Of a stretch of DNA of 64,000 bases, positions 54,013-64,000 are shown piece by piece. Numbering within the stretch: the first letter of the stretch is position 1; each line of letters begins with the position of its first letter. Made by a program: the position numbers and the translations under genes. Below the pieces are notes generated by a model. That model worked only from the letters and a program-made list of their open reading frames with translations. It did no database searches and was not told the origin of the DNA. This DNA is from Lama guanicoe (taxonomy: Eukaryota): positions 2,987,518 through 3,051,517 of the forward strand of contig MU053810.1 in the NCBI GenBank assembly GCA_013239625.1, read 5' to 3'.

Positions 54013-57000
54013 AGGTTCCCAGTGTATCTCCTTCCCCACTTTCTTTGTACCTGAGCTGCCTGTATCCTGAGATTCCTCCCATTTAGCAAAGGCACATGGA
54101 AGTCCCTCACTCATCTCTCCTGGGGTCTGGAATTCCAATTATTGTATTCTCTCATTTTCTCTCCTCCACCTGGCCCTGGAAGAGACTTTTCTTCTTTTCA
54201 AGAAGGATGTCTGCCTGTGAGAAGTGTCTATAGGCGTGAGATTGGCTTCTATGGGGTCCTGTCCCAACCCCCACTGGGCAGGGCAGAGTCCACACCCCCT
54301 TCCTGTCTTCCTAGGGAGGACCTCGCCTCTCCTTCCACACATTGGGTCTGGTGTTCCAGAAGCTTGGAAGGTGTATGTTGGTCCAAACCACTTGTTCAAG
54401 GAGGCTTTCCCCCAAGTGCCCTTGCTCACTCAGGACAAAGGAGGAAAAGGAGGACAGAGGTTGGCCAGGGTGGGTGTGTGGGGGTCTTCCCTGGGAAAGA
54501 AGCATCAGCTGATGAACTGGCACCAGAGTCACAGCTAAGCCTGGAAACAGTTGCTTCTACGTCTTGACACAAAGGGTCACCCATCCCCGAACAGACCGTA
54601 AGTGAGCTAATCTACCCTGCTGACCTGCCCTCGCAGGAGAGCAGGGCTGCCAGCTCTTCTGTTCTGAGACTGCACTAGAATCAGGAGAAACAGGAGAGTC
54701 AGGGACACATGCTCTTCCCAAGGATGCCAGGTAGGATTTTGGAGAGGGGAGGAGACTGGGAAACTGCACTGAAGCATGTGCAGAAGGGGTGCGTTTGTCC
54801 TCCGCCCTGAGTAACCCAGGAAGGGGAGCGATTCCTGCCCATCATGCTTGTGAAGTCTCTTCCCTCTGACCGAGCACCTTCCGCTACATCCAACCCTTCA
54901 ACTTCCGTCCAAGTGGGGTCTCTTGGGCAGAATGTAAGAGACTAGACGTTCCTTGAGAGTTGCACCTCCTCGCCGTGGTCCCCCAACTTCCCAAGATGGG
55001 AGAAAAATGTATGAAAGTCCTGTCCAGATAAACGTTTATTTTGCCACTCAGTTGTTCACTACAGAGGACGTTATTTTGGCAAGACCCAGGACCTTCCGAT
55101 TCTTACTTATTTTTTAACAGACCAGTCTGAAAAGTACAGCATAAGATCTCTCCTCTGCCTTTTCTCGTGGTGTTCCGGAGAGCACTGTGGTTGTGATTTG
55201 GAATAACTCATATTTATTCTGCTTGGTGTGTTTATTTGGGTCTCTGGGCGGGTCTCCATGCATCGTGTGTGTCCTTGTGTCCCAGCATCAAACGTGTGGA
55301 AGTCACTCCATCTGTGGAGTGCCTTCTCTTTCTCAGCGTTGCCAACATATCTTGTAACTGTTTACAGAAGAGTCATGTCTATATATAGAGAATATATATA
55401 TTACATATATATAATATATATGTTATATATATTATAGATATATAAACAGAAAAAAAAGAAATAATGGCTGAAAACATCCCTAACATGGGGAAGGAAATGC
55501 AGAGAGTTCCAAATAAGATGAACCCAAAGAGACTCACACCAAGACACATAATTAAAATGTCAAAAGTTGAAGACAAGGAGAGAATCTTAAAAGCAGCATA
55601 AAGAAAATGACTTCTTACATACAAAGGAACCCGCATAAGATTATCTGCAGATTTCTCAGCAGAAATGTTACCAGCCAGAAGGGAGTGGCATGATACATTT
55701 AAAATACCGAAAGAAAAAATCTTCCAACCAGAAATACTCTACCCAGCAAAGTTATCGTTCAGTGTAGAAAAAGAGGTTTCCAGACAAGCAAAAGCTAATG
55801 GAGTTCTTCATAACTAAACCAATCTTTCAAGAAATGTTAAAGGGACTTCTTTAAGCTGAAAAGAAATGGTACTAATTAGCAATAGGAAAACATATGAAAG
55901 TATAAACTTCACTGGTAAACCTAAATAAATAATAAAATTGAGAAAAATCTAATGTAAAGGTGGTGGATTCATCACTTATAAAGCTGGTATGAAGGTTAAA
56001 AAACAAAAGTAGTAAAATATCTATGAAAACAACAATTACACGAGATAAAAAGATATAAAATGTGTCACCAAAAACATAAAACTTGGTAGGGAGTGTAAAA
56101 ATACAGAGCTTTAGAATGCATTCAAACTTAAATGGTTAATAATTTAAAACAGACTGTTACAAATATAAGTTGTTATATGTAAGCCTCATGGTAACCAAAG
56201 AACAAAAAAACCACAGAGCAAAAAACTCATAGCTTTTGCTATATTCAAAAGAGGGGAAAGAAATCTAAGCATACCACTAAAGAAAGTCATCAAACCACAA
56301 AAGAAGAAAGGAACAGAAAGGAACTATAAAACAATCAGGAAACAATGAACAAAATGGCAATAAGTACATATTTATCAATAATTGCTTTAAACGTAAATGA
56401 ACTAAATTCTCCAATCAAAAGACACAGAGTGGCTGAATTATTAAAAAAATATTAAAACCCCTCTGCCTACAGAGATGTAAGAACACACACAGACTGAAAG
56501 TTAAGGGATGGGGAAAAAATATTCCATGGAAATGAAAACCAAAAGACAGTTGGAGTGGCTATACTTACATCAGACAAAATTGACATTTAAATAAAGATTG
56601 TAATTAGAAACAAAGAAGGACATTACATAATGCTAAGGGGTCAACCCAACAAGAAAATACATTTATAAATATTTATGTGCCCAACATAGAATATCTAAAT
56701 ATATAAAGTAAATGTTAACAGACCTAAAGGGAGAAATAGCAATACAATAATAGTAGGGCACTTCAATACCCCACTTTCATCCATGGATAGATCATTCAGA
56801 CATAAAAATCAATAAATCAATTAGCCTTAAGAAAAAAAATTAGCCTTAAACAACACATTAGACAAAATGGATTTAGCAGATGGATACAGAACTTTCCATC
56901 CAAAAGCAGCAGAACACATAAAAAACATCTCCCAGACTTCAGACAATACTATAGAGCTACTGTCATCAAGACATCATGGTATTGGTACCAGAACAACACA

Positions 57001-57408
57001 TTAGACAAAATGGCTTTAGCAGATGGATACAGAACTTTCCATCCAAAAGCAGCAGAACACATAATCTCAAGTGCACGTGGAACATTCTCCAGGACAGATC
57101 ATGTTAGGCCATAATACAGGTCTCAATAACTGTAAGAAGACTGAAATCATATCAAACATCTTTTCTGACCACAACGGTATCATACTCGGAATCAATCATA
57201 GGAAGAAAACTGGAAATTCATAAACATGGAGCTTAAACAACATGCTACTGTACAACCACAGGTCAAGAAGAAATCAAAAGAAAAATTAAGCAAAACCTTG
57301 AGACAAATGAAAATGGAAACACAATATATCAAAATTTGGGAAATGCGGCAAAAGCAGGTCTGAGAGGGAAGTTCATAGTGACAAATGCTTACATTCAGAA
57401 GCAAAACA

Positions 57409-58982
57409 GAGGCGCGGGAGCACAAGGGCGCCCACCCCAAGGCCGAGGCCGAGCCCGCCGAGCCTGCCGGCCTGCCCCGCCCCAGGGCCATGGCAGCACC
57501 CTCATGATGGCTTTGCAGGACATCACCGTGCAGATCGCCAGCCAAGCCTGCCGGCCCACCCCGCCCCAGGGCCATGGCAGCACCCTCATGATGGCTTTGC
57601 AGGACGTCACCGTGCAGATCGCCAGCCAGAACATCTCTGTCTCCTCCTCCACCGCCGTGTCGGTGGCCAACTGCCTGTGCGCGCAGACGGCCCCGGCCCC
57701 GGCCGAGTCCGCGGCTGGCACGGTGGAGCAGGGCGAGCCCCGCGGGGCAGGAGGCCCCGGAGGCCCCCAGCGCCGGCCAGGGGCACGCGCCCGCCGAGAA
57801 CGCGAGCACAGAAGACGGAGTTGGGGGTGATCGGCGCGCCAGCCCGCCCGGGGCTGCGGGGCCAGCGGCGGAGGATGGGGAGGGCGGGAAAGGGGCCGAG
57901 GCCGAGGCCGCAGACAACTTGGAGCAGCTGAGCAGCAGCAGCAGCATGTCCACCAAATCCGCCAAGTCGGGCTCTGAAGTGTCGGCTTCGGCCTCCAGGG
58001 AGGCCCTGCAGGCCACGGTCCTGCGCCTGCCCCGCTACCACTGCGAGAACCCGGCCAGCTGCCGGTCCCCCACGCTCTCCACCGACACCCTGCGCAAGCG
58101 GCGGTACCGCATCGGCCTCAACCTCTTCAACATAAACCCGGACAAGGGCATCCAGTTCCTGATCTCGGGAGGCTTCATCCCCGACACCCCCGTTGGAGTG
58201 GCCCACTTCCTGCTCCAGCGCAAGGGCCTCAGCCGCCAGGTGATCGGAGAGTTCCTGGGCAACAGCAAGAAGCAGTTCAACCGCGATGTGCTGGACACGT
58301 GTCCACCCGTCAAAGACCCATCTCAAAAACTAGTGCCACCAGGCCACCAGGAGTTCCAGCCCGAGCTGAGACCCGTCGCTGACTCCTTTTCCTCATCACC
58401 GCCCACATTCCAGCCGTCACCTTGTCCATCAATTCTTCCTCTTGGGTGTATCTCAGGTTGTCCCTTCAGTTGGTCTCCAACTTAGCCCGGGGCCCATCCT
58501 CTTGAGCTTGGACTTCTACAGGTGCATCCTAACTGGGCCCCCTGCCTCACCCTTGTTCCCTGCCCTTCCTTTTTCATTCATCCTCCCCTACACCCAGAGA
58601 AATCTCCTTAAAACAAACTGGATCACATCACTCCTCTGATCATACCCTTCTACTACTTCCCACTGCATTCAGGATAAAGCCCTCACACTCTGCATCCATC
58701 GCAGCCTCGTTGGCCCTTTCTGTTCCTTGAAAGTTCTTTCCTACCACAGGGCCTTGGCGTATGCTCTTCCCGAACACCCTCCTGCCCTCTCCTTCCTTTG
58801 GTCAGCCCTTACTCATCTTTCAGGCCTCTGCTCAAATGTCACATCCCCAAGAGGCACTTTCTGGACACACCAATATAAAGTATGTCTCCTTCATCCTCTC
58901 ACAAAACCCTGTCCTTTCCTTACACTGGACTTGTCACAATTATAAGGAAATAATTATTTTTAGCTCTGCATTAAAAAAAAAA
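57409..58982 (+). pseudogene. IQSEC3: 5'-truncated IQSEC3 (SynArfGEF/BRAG3) retrocopy: pre-Sec7 region and Sec7 N-terminus joined to an L2-derived terminal segment and A11
   Basis: [34 protein letters not shown] and [90 protein letters not shown] match recalled IQSEC3; frameshift near 57740; TSD agaagcaa(a/g)aca at 57397-57408 and 58983-58994. Confidence 0.9.
58350..58945 (+). mobile_element. L2 fragment forming the 3' part of the IQSEC3 retrocopy
   Basis: 'ctggatcacatcactcctctg', 'ccacagggccttggcgtatgctcttccc', 'caggcctctgctcaaatgtcacatcccca' are L2-like. Confidence 0.75.
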
Positions 58983-61504
58983 AGAAGCAAGACAAATCTC
59001 AAATAAACAACTTAAATTTACACTTCAAACAACTAAAAAAAGAAGAACCAAGCCCAAAGTTCACCCCGGGGGAAGGTGAGGAGGCTGGTGGTGACCATGC
59101 AGCTCTCAAGGTCAAGATCTACACCCCACAGCTGAGTCATGAGGGCACTGCCCACCCAGGGCTAATTGAACCTACCAGAAAAGCGCTCAGGAGGAGCCGA
59201 CTGCTTGGTCCCCTGGAGCTGTGACAGGTGGGAGAGGAGGAGTGGGCCCGTCTGAGAGGAAGCCCTGTGTTTCCTCTGCTGTGTTTTTTTCAGAGCCTCA
59301 AACTTAGAAGGAAAAATTTGATAAATATATTCTCTTCTGAATTTCCTGCCTGTGCTTAGCCAGCTCTCAGCAAGGGAAGCCAGGCCCTCCTAACCTCAGT
59401 GAGGAAGGCCAATGGGCTGACAGCTGGATTTCAATATTTACATTCTGTTATCACATCTGTTGAGGAACCCCAGGCCTAAGTAGCTAAACTGAGTTATTCT
59501 AGTTTTATCTCCCGACTGCTGGGTTGTGAAAAGACACTTCCTCTTTTTGAAAGCACAGGCTTTCTTAAGGTCTATATATATATACATATATACATACATA
59601 TTCTTTTCTCTAACATCTCATCAAGACCTCTCACCCGAAGAGTTAAACCTTCTGTAGCTGAGCTGGCACTCAGAACATCTGTAGTGCCAAACGGACTGAC
59701 ATGGCTTGTTCTAAGCCAACATGACAACCGTCTGCCAGCTGGGAGACACATCTCCGATGCTTCGGTGCACAACGAGGAAAACAGACTTTAAGTGACCGCT
59801 GACACGAGTCAGCTGTGAGCAGCCGCAAAGAGAAAACACGTGAAACGTCTGGGAGGCCTTTGGGGGACTTAGATTTTGTGAAAAAGCAACTGCAAGTGAA
59901 ACTTTAGGAGAGTTGGCTGACCACCCAGTGTAGAGACAGTGCCCTAGAGACATTCCACAAACCACGGGGAGGCTGCAGATACACACTTTCACTGGAAAAA
60001 AACAAACAAAAACCTCCAAGACAGATACACGTGGCTAGATATCACCCATGGTACCAAACGGCGGACAGCTTACATAGTTTATCTTTCTCCTGAGTCATAC
60101 TTTTTCTTTTCTCTATTTTCCCTTTCTTCTCCCATTTTAATCTTTATGAGACATGCATAGATGCAGTTTGGAACACCCCAGGTTGATTAAGTGTGTCCTC
60201 ACGGTCTGCACTGTACATGGGTTGGTTTACGTGGGGGCAGTGCTTAGCAGGTGGCCCTGCTGAAGGACTTCTTTCTCTTGCAAATAATATCACATCCGTA
60301 TGTCTGGCCTACAGGATGTGAGGATGGAAGGAAACACCTTTGGTGCTTTAGTCTGGCTTTTTAGTGAGTTTCTTCTTTGCACTAAGAACTGAGTGGAACT
60401 TGCCCAGGGGCTGAGTCGCAGGGTGTGGGGTGGTGTGTGGCCTGACAGGACGAGGTGCGGCTGTCCATGGACCTGGAACTGCAGAGTCTCTCTCTCACAC
60501 AAAAGCTCATGGCATTTGCTGGCATGAAGTCCCACGGCTTCTTGAACACCAGTGCAGAATTCAGACTCATCCTTTCTGTCTGTAGATGGGAAGAGGGGGA
60601 ATTTCTTTATCGGCAACCATGGAGTTTGAACACAGTTTGATGGGAACTTTTCTCCCATTTTAAGTTTGGCAGCAGTTAACTGGTTAACTACATTCTGCAT
60701 CTGAAGCCTGGTGTATGGTGGACATTTTTTTTAGGTTATTTTTGTGTTTTGGTTTTGTTTTAAAAGCCCAGCATCCGAATCCTCCTGGGTGAAGAATTCC
60801 CTATCTTGTGAGCTTTTGAGGGGAAACATGGCTAAAAAGTCCAGATTCCCAAGTTCTTAGTCTCCTTTGCAGTCGGGGGCAGATCAACAGAGCCACCATG
60901 GATATGAATCAAGTGCCAGGGCAGCCCACCAGCACCGGGGACAGCAGCCTGGGCTGGGCAGTGCTGGGCTTGGGGCACTGAAGGCACAGAGAGGGCACTG
61001 CAGGGACACCCACTGCCCCGCAGCCTGGCTCCCTGGTAGGATTCAGAGCAGTTCCTGCCTCTTCGTATCTTCCCTGGTTCCACTCATCCCCCAAGGCTAG
61101 CACTCCAGCATCCGCAGCAGTCATAAGGGCTTCCCAGTATCATTTCAACACTTTAAAAATCGTCCAGAGTCAGTCTCTGTTGTTCATCATGGGTTAGGGA
61201 AGTGAAAGAGCACACCACGCTGGTCAGTGGTCCAAATCCGGCGTCTTCCTAGGAAGCCTGTCTTGGCACAGACACTAGATGGACCTCAAGGTCTTACCTT
61301 AGCCACGTCTCTTTATCACCAGCACTGGGCTCCTGTCTTCAAAGGCAGCTTGATTCCTACCACAGTTCTTTTTGATGGCAAACCAGATCAGAAACACCAC
61401 CACTCAAAAGAAACAACACAAAATGAAACACTAACTCCCATCGTTCATTCTAAGCTCCCCCAAGATGAGAGCAGATCTGCCAGAGGGTGTAAGGAAAGAT
61501 GCAT

Positions 61505-62215
61505 TTTTTATTTTATTTATTTTTTATTGGAGTATAGTTGATCTGCAATGTTGTGCTAGCTTCAGGTGTACAGCAAAGTGAGTCAGTTATCTGTCTATCT
61601 ATACAGATATATTCTTTTTCCACTATAGGTTATTACAAGACATTGAATACAGTTCCCTGTGCTATACAGTAGGTCCTTGCTGTTTATCTATATATTATCT
61701 ACATATAGTAGTGTGTATCAGTTAATCCCAAACTCTTAATTTATCCCTCCACCAACCTTCCCCTTTGGTAACAGTAAAACTGTTTCCATGTCTGTGAGTC
61801 CATTTCTGTTTTGTAAATGAGTTCATTTGTATCATTTTTTCATATTCCACATATAAGTGGTATCATATGATTTTGTCTTTGTCTGATTTGATAATCTGAC
61901 TGATGATAATCTCTAGATCCATCCATGTTGTTGCAAATGGCAAAATTTCATTCTTTTTCATGGCTGAGTAATATTCCATTGTATATATGTACCACAGCTT
62001 ATTTATCTGTTGATCTGTGGATGGACATTTAGATTGCTTCTGTGTCTTGGCTGTTGTAAAATAGTGCTGCTATGAACATTGGGGTGTATGTATCTTTTCA
62101 AATTAGAGTTTCTTTTCTGGATCATATGGTAACTCTATTTTTAGTTTTTCAAGGACTCTCCATACTGTTTTCCACAGTAGCTGCACCAATTTACATTCCC
62201 ACCAATGGTGTAAAA
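61505..62215 (-). mobile_element. L1 3' end
   Basis: 'ttggagtatagttgatctgcaatgttgtgctagcttcaggtgtacagc...gcaccaatttacattcccaccaa'. Confidence 0.88.
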
Positions 62216-63079
62216 ACGTTCCCTTTAAGAGATGCATTCTTGATGCTCAAACTGTACGATTCCATTTCTCCTTAATCCCTCACCAATAAAGCTTTTGTAC
62301 TAGCTTATAAATAACATATATGTGTGCATTATATAGTCTTCGCTGTGTTCTTTTAGGGAAATTCTGAAAGCTGCCACCTCTTTTCTCAATAGCTAACTTA
62401 AATTATCATAAAGATTTTCTGAAGCAGTGCTCCAAGCACTATGTATTTATTCTGAAATGTAATTTTCACAACACAAACAGAACACGGGGCTAGGTTGCCA
62501 CAGTGGTCATCTACTCAGTAAAGGGAGCTGTAGAGGGTAGAGGAAGACTTAATCATGGCCCTCTACCTGTGCATAGACTTATAACCAGATTCCGCACGCC
62601 TCCTTTCTAAGTGTGAAGAAGGCTTTTGTAACCAGCTGCCACAGATGCTATTGGATGGAGGTATGAATTACACCCTTGAGTTGTCAACAGAGGTGAATAA
62701 GCAATCTGCTTTGTTTGGTTTTCAAGCTTGAGCTTCTGTAAATATGACCTTTGTTTCCAGCGGCGTTTTACTCTACTTTTCAAAATAATCATTGTTCGGG
62801 TGGGAAATGTATTAAGACAACAATACAGCCTCCAGCAAATCTCCTGAAGAGACTTCTGGGAGCTCCTAGGGGTGTTTCCTCAGAGTTTACAGCCTTGTCT
62901 GGGTGGCTGTCTCGTGAGTTCTGTCATTTCTCCTCTTTTCCCCCTTGTCTCCTTCCTTGGGCAGGGCTGTGTCCGCCTGTCCTGCTGGCAGGAACTACTG
63001 CTTCTCGATGGGCCCCGCAACACCGGCTCACCTTTCCTCTCAGTTTTCTAGATTTTTACATGTATAATATTCCACTGGG

Positions 63080-63885
63080 AATTTTTTAAATTGAATTACA
63101 ACTGATTTACCATATTATATTAGTTTCAGGTGTACAACATAGTGATACACTGTTTTTATACATTACAAAATCATCGTAAGTCTAGTTACTAGGTGTCATC
63201 ATACAAAGTTATTATATTATTGACTGTCTTCCCTGTACTGTTCATTACATTCCTGTGACTAGTTTATTTTATAACTGGAAGTCTGTATGTCTTACTCTTC
63301 TTCACCTATTTCACTCATCCCTCCCACCAGTTTGTTCTCTGTATCTACGAGTCTGTTTTTTATGTTTGTTCATTTTTTTTTTTAGATTCTACATATAACT
63401 GAAATCATACAGTAATTATCTTTCTCTGTCCGACTTATTTCACTTAGCATCATACCCTCTAGGTCTATCAATGTTGTGGAAAATGACAAGACTTCATTCT
63501 TTTTTATGGTTGAATAGTATTCCATTTTAAAAGATTCCACATAAAAGTAGTATCATATCATATTTGTCTTTGTCTGTCTCACTTACTTCACTAGTATAAT
63601 AATCTCTAGGTTCATTCATGTTGCTACAAATGGCATTATTTCATCATTTTTATAGCTAAGTAGTATTCCATTGTATATATACCACATCTTCTTTATCCAT
63701 TCATCTGCTGATGGACACTTAGGTTGATACAATGAACCTAAAGGTGCATACATCTTTTTCAATTAGTTGTTTTTGTTTTCTTCAGAAAAATAGCCAGCAG
63801 TAAAATTGCTAGATCATGTGGTAGTTCTATTTTTAATTTTTTGAGGAAGCTCCATAGTTTTTCTCAGTGGCTGCACCAATTTCTA
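63080..63885 (-). mobile_element. L1 3' fragments (two nested or adjacent)
   Basis: 'ttagtttcaggtgtacaacatagtgat...', with 'agattc(c/t)acata' and downstream blocks occurring twice. Confidence 0.8.
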
Positions 63886-64000
63886 TTGGGAACGTTTTAA
63901 AAATAACAGTAAGAGCTAGATGAAAATTCAGTTTACATCATCTAGATTAAATTAAAATATGCTATTGTGTTTTTTAACTCATAAGTATTTGGAACTGTTC

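Larger units (their letters stand above)
49559..55457 (+). pseudogene. SGSM1: Semi-processed pseudogene of SGSM1 (RUN and TBC/RabGAP domains); CDS remnant 49559-53357, about 2.1 kb of 3'UTR, short A tail
   Basis: VKQIMEEAVTRK...[63 protein letters not shown], ...[13 protein letters not shown] match recalled SGSM1; many exons contiguous; frameshifts and stops (e.g. TGA near 52246, 53075, 53097). Confidence 0.93.
47325..59061 (+). mobile_element. Decayed host LINE-1: 5'UTR and ORF1 to 48806, resuming 55456-57410 (rest of ORF1, ORF2 endonuclease from ATG 56354), resuming 58983-59061; no 3' part
   Basis: ORF1-like MEISDLPGKEFKVMVIKML..., RDLRDNIKWTNISTIGVPEVEEREKGVENLFEEIMA continuing at 55461 'ataatggctgaaaacatccctaac'; ORF2 start 'atggcaataagtacatatttatcaataatt'; [17 protein letters not shown]. 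Confidence 0.9.

Noticed and set aside
57336..57830. ORF fusing L1 ORF2 residues in frame with IQSEC3 residues
   Set aside because: An in-frame join is expected about one time in three; upstream ORF2 is disrupted, there is no ATG start, and the IQSEC3 part frameshifts near 57740.

Overview
Repeat-rich mammalian genomic DNA. It is probably camelid, inferred from several copies of a tRNA-derived vic-1-like SINE. I see no intact protein-coding gene. Positions 1-30 kb are AT-rich and dominated by L1, L2 and LTR fossils, with a tailless 5'-only SLC35F5 retrocopy at about 26.8-27.6 kb. Positions 31.6-42.3 kb are a near-perfect 5.35-kb head-to-tail tandem duplication. The most notable structure is one decayed, sense-oriented LINE-1 (about 47.3-59.1 kb) carrying nested insertions. 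The first is a 6.65-kb chimeric retrocopy in ORF1, flanked by a target-site duplication (TSD). In it, a full-length U6 snRNA is joined directly to a partially spliced SGSM1 transcript that starts inside an intron and carries three extra TE-derived segments at exon junctions. The second is a TSD-flanked IQSEC3 retrocopy in ORF2, spliced into an L2-derived terminal exon. Two micro-insertions lie between them. Gene and repeat identities come from my recall of these families, not from database searches.
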